IMG/VR virus record: IMGVR_UViG_3300017958_000032
Span: 1-32,976 of that record
Source of the DNA: a virus
Taxonomy: Duplodnaviria; Caudoviricetes
DNA length: 32,976 nucleotides
Direction: 5' to 3' (one strand)
Shown: positions 18,701 to 24,574 of the stretch, in pieces
Layout: each line of letters begins with the position of its first letter
Position numbering within the stretch: position 1 is the first letter of the stretch
Program-made: the position numbers and the translations under genes
The notes under the pieces: model-generated
Seen by the model: only the letters and a program-made list of their open reading frames with translations
Databases searched by the model: none
What the model was told of the DNA's origin: nothing

Positions 18701-20694
18701 ATTGAATCAATATCAAAGTTCCATTCGAATTGAATGTCACCGACATTATCAATATTAAGATAAGAAAGCGCAAATCCTAGTTCTTTATCAACTGTTCCGT
18801 TGCCAACTTTGTAACTAACAAGTTTATTTCCTTTGAATGTACTAACAGGGTATGTATCCGAATCACTTAGACTTACACCGTTGTCATCGAATATATTAAA
18901 CAATGGTGCTTGATTAACTTTTGTTTTTTCTTGGCTAGGTTTCCATGCTGTTCCGTCGAAGAAGAACATATCACCTGTATTGTTCTTTCCTCGTCTTACA
19001 AGAACACATTCATTAAGCACCGAACCCGAATCGCTTGCTTCTTTTAAGTTAATTTGTCTTACTCCGTTGTGAACAACAAAGTTCACAACATAGATTTTAT
19101 TGTTTGCAAGACTATCGGTATCTGCTGTTACTAGAACTCTTGCTCCTTCAAATAGAAACTCGCCATCAATGCTGTAACCAGTACTTCCTTCAATTGTAGA
19201 AAATACATCAGTTGTATAGTCATCAACATAATCAACAGTGGTCTTAGCAGTTGTGCCGTGTTGATAAAGTTGAATACCAGGATGGAATTCAATAATTGGT
19301 CTTTTTGCTCTTGCTGTTTCTGGTGCATCAAAATCACTATTTCTACTTCTATAGGAATATTCTAGTACCGATCTGTGGAACCATCTATTGTAACGACTCC
19401 ACGGATTTGAATCGTTACTTGCTCTATTGATAGTGATGTAATCTTTTTGACCTGGATATTGGCTAGCATCATCAAAAGGTAATGTATCAAAACCCTGATT
19501 ATCAAAAAGTATTTCTGGAGTATCAGTTGAAAGGACAGGAGGAACTAAGTCAGCAAATCTTGTTAATTTAATTTCCTTGCCAACTCCTTCGACCAACCAA
19601 GTATCCGAAGCATATTTTTCAGGTTGTACCTGGCCTCTAAATTCTAATATTAAGCCGTTAGAAAGTTCTACATTATTAGAACTTGTATAATATTTTTTAC
19701 CTATAATATCTTTTTCAACATCAATAAATGTATTGCTGTCAATATCTGCAATAATGAATCTGCCTAATCTATTAGGATTAGTTGCACTTTGATAATAAAT
19801 TACATCAGGAGAATTGTTAGGAACTGTAAAAGTTAATGTTCCAACTTCTATAGAATTATTTGTAACCCCTTGGTTATAAATTAAAGAAGACAATGATGCT
19901 GAACTATCTATTAGTTCCCAATCCTGAGAATTAATATCAATGCTGCTACCATCACGCGGTGAAATTTCTTCTCTGGCTCTCCATAATTGACTGTTATATA
20001 CTGCAAGGTCTCCAGGGAAGTATGTCTTAAGAGGATCATAATTTAATGATCCTGTGTCATAATTAGTTCTTAATACAAAAGGCTCTCCAGGAGAATTAAT
20101 ATCAAACTTATAAGTCTGTCCTCTATATAAAGTAATAGTTGGATTATTTGTTACGCCGTCCGGTGTGAAAACCCAAGTCGATCCTATTCCTTGATTAACT
20201 TTGTATGTCGATTGTACTGATTGTGTTTGTCCTTGCACTGCCACAGAAGGTGGCCCAGCAGGCATCCAATAGTATTCACTATAATTGATAAACTTGTCCC
20301 AATCAATCGGAGGATTCCAACTATAATGTTCTTGGTATGTTATCTTGTCGTCTCTATCGATATCATTACCAAAGAACTTAATCATATTTTTAAGATCTAG
20401 ATAATCATAAAATTTTCGTAAGTTTTGATCTTTTTCAACCGTAACACCTGGCTCTAATTGATAACGACTTCTTAGTGTTTGATCAGTATCAAGATAAACA
20501 TCATTGCCATTAAATGTCTTTCCATAACGCTTTCCAACATATCCAGAAAGTTTATCTAGGGCGCCGGGTTGAATAAAAGGATCAACAACGCCAGATAAAA
20601 ATTTGTCATTAGGATCTGTTCTAAAAGTATTTGGTAGAAGGTCTATAGACTTTCTAATTGGTAAATCACTTTTGGGATATTTTTTATCAGCCAT
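6751..20694 (-). CDS. Giant multidomain virion protein (4647 aa), probable gp7-like baseplate wedge with FG-GAP propeller, CBM-like and beta-sandwich repeats
   Basis: Uninterrupted 13.9-kb ORF coupled to the gp6-like gene (TAATG overlap), which is the position of gene 7 in T4. It contains YQGFIREKGTANSL and YINEVKPY motifs, six clear FG-GAP-like repeats, six CBM5/12-like repeats, G(S/F)GY repeats and C-terminal VxVNG...DY repeats. Confidence 0.85.
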   Translation of the reverse strand: MADKKYPKSDLPIRKSIDLLPNTFRTDPNDKFLSGVVDPFIQPGALDKLSGYVGKRYGKTFNGNDVYLDTDQTLRSRYQLEPGVTVEKDQNLRKFYDYLDLKNMIKFFGNDIDRDDKITYQEHYSWNPPIDWDKFINYSEYYWMPAGPPSVAVQGQTQSVQSTYKVNQGIGSTWVFTPDGVTNNPTITLYRGQTYKFDINSPGEPFVLRTNYDTGSLNYDPLKTYFPGDLAVYNSQLWRAREEISPRDGSSIDINSQDWELIDSSASLSSLIYNQGVTNNSIEVGTLTFTVPNNSPDVIYYQSATNPNRLGRFIIADIDSNTFIDVEKDIIGKKYYTSSNNVELSNGLILEFRGQVQPEKYASDTWLVEGVGKEIKLTRFADLVPPVLSTDTPEILFDNQGFDTLPFDDASQYPGQKDYITINRASNDSNPWSRYNRWFHRSVLEYSYRSRNSDFDAPETARAKRPIIEFHPGIQLYQHGTTAKTTVDYVDDYTTDVFSTIEGSTGYSIDGEFLFEGARVLVTADTDSLANNKIYVVNFVVHNGVRQINLKEASDSGSVLNECVLVRRGKNNTGDMFFFDGTAWKPSQEKTKVNQAPLFNIFDDNGVSLSDSDTYPVSTFKGNKLVSYKVGNGTVDKELGFALSYLNIDNVGDIQFEWNFDIDSISYTENQKVYSKNINTSYFKINENLDNGWILTNKKYLQPIVDSVIVEEATSSVVFNTVDWELLTSDMEINFYQNSIKLADDSYTRDQQTFTFNKTFAAKDVITVKIVGDIEPVGGYYEIPVGLEKNPLNTTLTSFTLGQATDHIRTSLDFDDRFVGSLPGVNNLRDISDFQQNSKRFLKHSGIAASAIAMICDREINLIKSLQFAKKQYSIFKENFLKKSTELQFTNDDPSSQVDQIIESLTRTKSINSPFSDSDMIGTGAYNLLTYTVEDTGIKTFTLSEKFDLNTLSRRAVYIYRNNLQLLNGRDYDFDSTFGFVRLTLDLNEGDIIEIKEYVSTAFSHIPATPSSIGLYKKYTPMKFLDDTYRDPQYVIQGHDGSITIAYNDYRDDLLLELEYRIYNNIKQEYDSKVFDIDGNLGGYYKNALFTKDDFDSVASQEFLRWVANTNLSYTTNDYFKETETFTYTYSNMTDPTKLENIPGWWRGVYKHFYDTDRPHRCPWECLGFSEKPTWWEDEYGPAPYTSGNLILWEDIRDGIIRHGDRAGTYKRYARTSIMNHLPVDADGILLSPLDSGLATNFTLINNKGSFQLGDVSPSEYAYRSSSEFPFVIMIALSLLRPFEFIISNFDRSKTKRNAVNQIVNATSNVFIKSNQIVLPVPGETQSSGLSIYISSYIRSLGNTIQSGQDILSNINVRLSSRLNGFVDKDQQKYLLDSKSPSSSSSSIFVPAENYNIIFNVSSPIGSVSYSGVILEKTEGGWIINGYDDVNPYFSYYTSIANQKDPTISVGGVSTTYVEWTTNQKFNNGAIVQYRNDYYRSKETHTSTDVFQSDKWTKLPELPVNGAVTAQRRRNFNRFSLNKLSYGTTLNSIQSVVDFLLGYEEYLKDQGIVFENYDPDNQVIQNFTTSCREFMYWTSHNWAVGSLITLSPGAERLKISIPVGVADNLFDGFYDYNVLTDNGEAIQPQNIDVLREFQSFTISTTNTTRGIYYLKVNYVLKEHVTIFNDKTVFNDVIFDKPTGYRQERIKVLGFRTVDWDGDYTSPGFLFDNVDIASWEPFKDYRLGDITNYQGINYTSRYNHTSKEEFNADNWTKLDSTPTKKLIPNFDYRVNQIEDYFDVDSEGLSSSQRDLARHTVGYQTREYLQNLAEDQVTQFRIYQGFIREKGTANSLTKVFDKLGRTANNGIKLKEEWAFKLGEFGGSDQSNNIEIQLQTDQFKINPQPVIVTETAQGNFADRYYRVDGSDFLYAPVPYTTSINATASDVVQKTAGYVKNTQVKYIVKNRDDILNIDINNINENDHIWVTFDNTSWTVLRINYVPELVMTDIAANKTTITITFNKRHGLAVGDIIGLTDLGDITGFQKITSVDAFHISFEISTATAEIGFEPSSIKYPILLTKARFDDYTSIDVEHLALLSTGSKLFVDKNENGLWEVVQKNKQYSPKKLINYGTSTPLNAGKKVVYAEVRKQILSSITGSGIVVCYLETTAGLDVKQILEPPASFRATTTGTFGQEVALSPDNEWLVIGAPYASGIRSNYQGVFSSIENYSAGDIVLYAGQLWKANTSIIGDGSTINVYSDDWEIVKNVQALETGTNEGYEQQGMISVYRYVGNQWTLQDNFVSPRADGDKLFGSKIALAKNGSNYSMVVSAPGASEEKGRVYTYIYDATDGWVLDQNSDYKGTYEPGGTFAATEMKPGRTYTITSSGTTNFSLVGAPSNTPGTVFVSLGPTEGTGTVTQQTFYPKDSVVYYAGNLWKALADNEGDGSTITIESSDWIKLDSINTLTSLPQSVSIEDDGSTLATGILTNSQLAELIKAGDKFGSSVALDYTGNTLVISAVEADGQYFANYRGNWQANFEYIQGDVVKYQNGYHRLDNIGSNAVGPDSSIRSYNQAPDSGYPWVNVGDSSSESVGKVFIYKKNELGYYYLIQTITADSLAEISDLAQTETINSGDQLGYAVSIDHSGNTLVITSPKADRNYQNQGSAYIFKFETDSSENRFRLKQKIDSYGKYPNEYFGQSVSISPSTNKIVVGANNTGYNLPIRFDESQTSFDNSRTTFKTYGGYSGAVYVYEKKGDLYFLAEKLQDDLSLNESFGYSVHASADIILVGSPDYIEPTTHGATLDFSGTTVGMVRLFRKQLGINSLEVIGQQTNKVDLSSIKRIALYDATTDTKIQDLEVYDPAKLKILREAERELSFKTPYDPATYNVGIDGVTVDSSVAWYDKNVGKLWWNISTAKWIDYEQGDTAYRLANWGKQAEGSSIDVYEWVESPLLPSEWSSVADSTEGLQLGISGQPLYPDDTVYSYKEFLNVNTGLVTETKYYYWVKSKTTIPSNMKGRTISSASVALSISDPSTVGNTYIALADTNKVFFYNYKAIVSNDTTILNIEHYIDRSAKNAIHNEYQLLTEGVADSIPPKKLETKWIDSLIGYDKQGNRVPDPAIPAKQQFGVGFRPRQSMFVNRKQILKQTIETINGILTKQPFANIISFDNLSLFDAQPDTSLYLYDVSVSTLIDLETVGTVRVEQAQLSPNIIDNEISSINIVNSGFGYRPQEIFDQEIAGVYAGPAVTIDGDGTGAEAVCHIDGQGRIIAVVVTKPGKNYTYANVSVRRFSVLVETDNTANNYWSIYAWDDVRKSFFRSSSQGFDTRKYWSYIDWWKTGYGPTSRVTKEISDVSKEPTIITEIGDLIRIKEYGSGGWAVFEKLSDTSNVPLGNYQLVGRFNGTIQLSNTLYDITTSGVGFDNNVSFDTGLYDLEPTTELRNIFKAVKEDIFVGDYDIHWNEIFFNCVRYVMYEQTYVDWAFKTSFLNAIHNVGDFKTTNNYKNDNLESFESYINEVKPYRTTVREYVSRYDSIQNNPISTTDFDLPTVYSQELGKFSTINEFSTELNSYPWKYWLDNNGYSITQIVISKQGSGYTSAPKVVIEGNGSGAIAQAFVSNGKVSGVRMIQTGSGYTKTPTISLVGGNGSSTDIAKAVAILGETKVRTFDINIKFDRINKTGYYTNFTDTQTFTANGQTARFELKYAPTRDKSKITITKNNGVVLGSDYTISLYKNSTEDFNILRGRIVFNVAPDVGDVIKVTYEKNDELFDAVNRINKYYAPVEGMKGDDLSQLMTGVDFGGVQIQGTTFDVTGGWDALPWFTDSWDSVESAADYYVVCDGSTNEVTLPYVPASGTSINIYLKRAGESRLPTIDNLQYSESVANPPVQRIDDPNYTDAWDSSVQTNPHAQMPTFIGDGSTSVVEIGRYITTNDGDILIFRPQESDGSVTITDPNIVDTNISGGTLSAIDQAYITASGISAEEIKIEGGRFIGPDQVPATEENIPGQVLDSLSIKVYQTTNDGVAPIQSKVIISDGSTTIFDTGQKVFEEKSVIVYVDGIRKELGTDYDIVGDRTVEFITAPDADKKIEIISIGLGGVSLLDYQEFVADGETGLFLTNASYELTSNVFVTVNGAETDVQFTNSTGVVDTVGRTLVQFGNVPSVNSIIKIISIGSSTDVDSSNLSIIRVNKQTTIYNGVDRNYNLDNFVELTRESSLSSMIVEVNDVKLKGPDTLYEIYDGTTNSYTLGQDPNESAGAILSANIKVFVNGQRKTFIQDYVYDGTSKVLTFTAGLLNTGDVIKIENDLRSEYSISNGDIVISDGVSLTSGDEIVITWFNEYPSMKIVSDVTVGGKVNYQLPFVPLGVDYVWVYKNGIKLIQDIDYHVSLPRGVVYLETANTDADTISITTFGADIYRLPSAYEINKDMLNVYRYNRYSKNEVKLAKNLNYYDQTIEVTSATNLYQPIRNRNIPGVVEINGEKIEYMTLTGNVLGQLRRGVQGTSIRELHSIDDPVVDLGPQEVLPYSETQDRTDFVSDGSSLLIGPLDFVPNKSTTGTWSATSIPSDYGRCDIVEVFVGGKRLRKTPLTVFDESIGATSPSGDKELEAEFSVNGTDPYIRLTVPASAGTRITVIKRTGQAWYDRGTNTASAGVTLLANNTPISKFIAAKSTKLPE

Positions 20695-23600
20695 TAGGTA
20701 TTACTCACTACTGTGCCTGAGCCAACATTAATTTCAGCAGCGGTAATACTAGATACAATTTCTATATCATCAACTGTCGCACCGCTTACAAAAATTTCGT
20801 CTGGCTTTCCTTGGATTTCAAATAAACTTCCGAATCCCTGATCTTGTTGTCTCGGTAGTATAACAAAATTAGTGACATCCGGAGAAACAGTATTAATTAC
20901 AAATGTTGTTAATTCACTTAGGTAAAATCTATCACCGAAGTCCCAGTTGTTGATATCGAAGAAAGTATTAATTGCGTTAACAATTCTTACTTTCAGGTTG
21001 TTGTTATTAATTGTCTTTCCTGGGTTTTTAACAACCTTAAATTGTGCCTGTAATTTTGGTGTTGCTGTTTGACCAAACAACACTTTGTATTTTACTGGAT
21101 GAAAAACAATCTCATCGCTTATTGCTTTGATACTGTTTAGTGTTGAACCAAATTCAATTCTCAAAGCATCAGTTGTCGGTGCCTCTGGTTCGTCAATTGC
21201 ACCAGCAAGATAATTTCTAAAATCTGTATCATAATTTCTAGTTAATAGATATAAATCAACAATGTTTGTAACACTCGGATCTATTCTTCTATCTTCGCTT
21301 GCTGCATGAGTGTATTGGAATTTAATATCTCTTCTTCCGATGTTTGCTCGATAGTTACTCTGTAATACCAATGTATTGGTTGTTCTATCTACTCTTTTAA
21401 CTCTATTTTCCGAAACATCAGTAAAATAAATTAACTGTCCGTCGTTATAATCATTTACATTAATTAAAGTTTCTTTTTCTGCAATCAATATAGTATTGTT
21501 AGAATTATCAAATAAGTTGAACACTGTTGTTCCATAAGAATCTACAGTGCTCTGGAAGAACAAATAATTTTGATTCACGTCTTCGCCTGCTACTTTTACG
21601 AAAGCATCAGGATCGTCTACAACTCCATCGTTGTCAGAATCACTAAATCCTATTTTAATTTCTTTGGTACTTTCATATCCATCATCAAATTCGATTGTAT
21701 CTGAAATTTCAAAATCATAATTTCTGTTTAAACTTTGTGCAGAATTAATAGTTGAATTAATATTCAGAACTTTTATCATATCCTTGACAAGTTCACCTGT
21801 AACATTATTGTAAGCTCTTTCATTCTTGTCAAAGTAAAATCTGTTCTGCGACACGCTACCAAAGATGTAGTCAAGTACTCTTATCCTAACAATATATTGA
21901 TCGTTATCTTTGATAAAAGCCATTAGCCACGAAGCATCTAAATTTACACTAGTCGTGTCTCCTGCCTTACCTAGACTAAAATTATTTGTTGTATCTAAAT
22001 TTTGGCTTTGAATTATTTTCCATTCAGTGGTTGCAGTATCATATCTTAAACCAAAATTTAATCCTGCAAAGATTAAATTAGTCATTTCAGTTTCTAATGC
22101 TGTGCTTAGATCATTAACAAACTTAGGCACAATACTAGTTGCAATGGAACCGCTTGGTACATTCTCATTAAAAGTAATCGGACCAAGACCTGTATCCAAC
22201 GTTCCGCGACCTGCATTAGTTCCATCTCCTACAACATTTACTACTTTGGTCCAAATGTAATCAGTCTGTTCAATATCATTACTGTTTGTTACAACCAACG
22301 ATCCTTTCTTAAAGGAGTATCCTGCCGGTGCTGTAAACTTAATGTTGGCTCCAACAGTTAAATATTTTAAAGTGTTAGTAGCATAAGTTCCTACTTTTAA
22401 TAGTGCATTGTCAACTGTGTTTTTAAAGTAACCAGTTCCGATATTAGTATCATTGGTAATTGCTTCCCAGACAGTTGTTGTTTCACTAAACAACACTCTT
22501 TCAAATTTTGTTAGATAAAAATTATATAAATCTGTATCTGAAAAAGTTCCTTCGATATTATTTCTTATGAAGTTAATAATATCAGTTTTGCTGGTGTATT
22601 TAAAATTAAGCAATCTTTCATTTTCATTTTTATAGATATATCCATCGTCTGCAAAAACATTAACAGAACTGTACTTTCCACTAGCATCAATGATATCAAA
22701 ATTTCTGCTGATTCCACTAGATGTTCTATTGATTGCTTTTACCTTTAGAACATTCTGAGAACTACCCAACGGAGCAAGATTATAATCTTCTCCTGTGATC
22801 ATTCTGTTTTGTGTATAATAAAGTGCAGGAGCATTTGTTCTAATAGTATCTGTTGATTCAGTTGCCGATGCATTATTAACAGTGTATTGTAATCCTAAGT
22901 TGATTGTTAGTGTATGTCCAACTCCGGCACTGTTAATATAATTCACATCTATTGAGATTCCTCTCATTTCGGTCGGAGAGATGGAATATTCTAAACCATT
23001 ACTTACTCTATAATAAACTCTGAAACTTCCCTGTGGTAGGTTTCCATAAACACCGTCAGCGAACAACAAATCAATTCTATCGTTTTGCTGTGTTGAAATT
23101 GCGTAGATATTTCTCACATTTCCAAGAACTGAATTATATGCAATATTATTTCCAACTAGATTACTTACTTGTGTCCATTCGGATGTTTGTCCTCCGGCAC
23201 TGTTTAATCCAAATAACCAAACATCGTCATTATTAATGTTGCTGCTTTCAACTGATATAGATTCATTCGTTGTAGGAGTAGCAATACTAAAATCTGCAAG
23301 TTCTAAACTTCCTTGTTTGAATTGTAAAAAGAAACCAGTATTTGAACTTCCAGGACCCTTTCCATCTTGCCTATAAACAAATCCTAGTTGATTTCCTGGA
23401 GTGGGTGCTTCCTCATAAATTTCTTCAGAATCCTTAAAGGAAGTACTAACAACTTCAAATGTCATGTTTCGACCAGCAACTGACTTGGTATATGTATACA
23501 ATGGAACATCCGTTGTTGTTGATCTAAAACGATACTGTTCTGTGGGAATTCCTTGTATTGTGTCACTGCCTTGGCTTCTACCAAACTCTGTGTTTTCAGT

Positions 23601-24092
23601 CATAGCAGAATTTAAAATTAAAATAAACTGTTCAGCCCAATTGGTATTTGTAGGATCGTTCCATCTCACAGTTTGTTGGGCTAAGTTTCTTCCATTACTG
23701 TCTATAATATTTTCTGTTGTTGTAACTGAATTAAATTTTAGTAGTCCAGATGCTCCTTGGTTTCGTTTAGCATTGTATCCTAGCATTCTTGCAATTCGTA
23801 GAACGCTTTCCTTTCTTTCCGCTAATTCAATAAAGTTTTCTCTCGAAGCAAGATCAAGTCTGAAACTTAGGCTCTGTCCAAGAAAAGACATAGCATCGAT
23901 CAGAGCAAGATATTCTGAACTTTCGATATAATCGTTAAAATCTTCTGGATAATTCTCTCGGAGATAGGTAATGATCACCCTGCGGATGTTTTCGAAGTCG
24001 TATGACTTGAAATCCGCATTCTTAAACGTCTGATAGATTCGTTTCCAGTCTTCGTTTAGTATTAAATTGTTCTGTCTCGATGTGGTGCTCAT
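20694..24092 (-). CDS. gp6: Baseplate wedge subunit, T4 gp6 / baseplate J-like (1132 aa)
   Basis: N-terminal DFENIRRVIITYLR...FNDY...LIDAMSF...ENFIELAERKESVLRIARMLGY. ESTDTIRTNAPALYYTQNRMITGEDY matches the gp6/gpJ R-x-V-T-x-x-D-Y signature. Follows gp25. Confidence 0.9.
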   Translation of the reverse strand: MSTTSRQNNLILNEDWKRIYQTFKNADFKSYDFENIRRVIITYLRENYPEDFNDYIESSEYLALIDAMSFLGQSLSFRLDLASRENFIELAERKESVLRIARMLGYNAKRNQGASGLLKFNSVTTTENIIDSNGRNLAQQTVRWNDPTNTNWAEQFILILNSAMTENTEFGRSQGSDTIQGIPTEQYRFRSTTTDVPLYTYTKSVAGRNMTFEVVSTSFKDSEEIYEEAPTPGNQLGFVYRQDGKGPGSSNTGFFLQFKQGSLELADFSIATPTTNESISVESSNINNDDVWLFGLNSAGGQTSEWTQVSNLVGNNIAYNSVLGNVRNIYAISTQQNDRIDLLFADGVYGNLPQGSFRVYYRVSNGLEYSISPTEMRGISIDVNYINSAGVGHTLTINLGLQYTVNNASATESTDTIRTNAPALYYTQNRMITGEDYNLAPLGSSQNVLKVKAINRTSSGISRNFDIIDASGKYSSVNVFADDGYIYKNENERLLNFKYTSKTDIINFIRNNIEGTFSDTDLYNFYLTKFERVLFSETTTVWEAITNDTNIGTGYFKNTVDNALLKVGTYATNTLKYLTVGANIKFTAPAGYSFKKGSLVVTNSNDIEQTDYIWTKVVNVVGDGTNAGRGTLDTGLGPITFNENVPSGSIATSIVPKFVNDLSTALETEMTNLIFAGLNFGLRYDTATTEWKIIQSQNLDTTNNFSLGKAGDTTSVNLDASWLMAFIKDNDQYIVRIRVLDYIFGSVSQNRFYFDKNERAYNNVTGELVKDMIKVLNINSTINSAQSLNRNYDFEISDTIEFDDGYESTKEIKIGFSDSDNDGVVDDPDAFVKVAGEDVNQNYLFFQSTVDSYGTTVFNLFDNSNNTILIAEKETLINVNDYNDGQLIYFTDVSENRVKRVDRTTNTLVLQSNYRANIGRRDIKFQYTHAASEDRRIDPSVTNIVDLYLLTRNYDTDFRNYLAGAIDEPEAPTTDALRIEFGSTLNSIKAISDEIVFHPVKYKVLFGQTATPKLQAQFKVVKNPGKTINNNNLKVRIVNAINTFFDINNWDFGDRFYLSELTTFVINTVSPDVTNFVILPRQQDQGFGSLFEIQGKPDEIFVSGATVDDIEIVSSITAAEINVGSGTVVSNT

Positions 24093-24111
24093 TTGCTATT
24101 TCCTATTGTAA

Positions 24112-24119
24112 TATTTAGC
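24112..24119 (-). promoter_or_regulatory. Putative late promoter GCTAAATA
   Basis: In the 43-bp gap before gp6 the minus strand reads GGCTAAATATTACAATAGGAAATAGCAAATG: TAAATA core, then an AGGA SD, then ATG. Confidence 0.55.
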
Positions 24120-24135
24120 CCGTTTAATTAACTGC

Positions 24136-24573
24136 TTAGTTTATTACCGAGTTATTTCTATCAAAGTCAAAGGTCATCCTTTCGTTAATATTAAATGGTA
24201 TGTAAACAACTTCTGCTTCAATTCGCATACCCTGTTCTGTGCTATCAACACTCACCGCTTGTACTACTACCCTAGGGTCGTAGTTTATGATATTTTCTAC
24301 GTCTTTTGCTATTAAATTTTTAACCTCAGGAGTAAACTGTTCAAAGATCATGTCCCATATAATGGTTCCAAAACTAGGATTTTCTAACTTTTCTCCTTTT
24401 CTGATATAGAAATGATTTATTATGTCTTGTTTAACCAAGTCTATATCATACAGTTTGAAACCTTTTTCCTTGTTTTTAGAGCTGAATCCCTTGTATGTGA
24501 ACGCTCCGCTATTAGAATTACCAACAGATGCCTTGTCAACTGCTACTGCTTTTTGATTGTATATCTTCTTCAT
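24136..24573 (-). CDS. gp25: Baseplate wedge subunit / sheath initiator, gp25/gpW family (145 aa)
   Basis: DIDLVKQDIINHFYIRKGEKLENPSFGTIIWDMIFE...IINYDPRV matches the GE-x-x-x-x-P-x-FG...(E/D)PRV signature. Lies between the spike and gp6. Confidence 0.92.
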   Translation of the reverse strand: MKKIYNQKAVAVDKASVGNSNSGAFTYKGFSSKNKEKGFKLYDIDLVKQDIINHFYIRKGEKLENPSFGTIIWDMIFEQFTPEVKNLIAKDVENIINYDPRVVVQAVSVDSTEQGMRIEAEVVYIPFNINERMTFDFDRNNSVIN

Positions 24574-24574
24574 A

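Noticed and set aside
6751-20694. Giant ORF as tape measure, intein-containing protein or assembly artefact
   Set aside because: It is beta-rich and aromatic rather than helical and Ala-rich. I noticed no intein or homing-endonuclease motifs and no exact DNA repeats suggesting misassembly.
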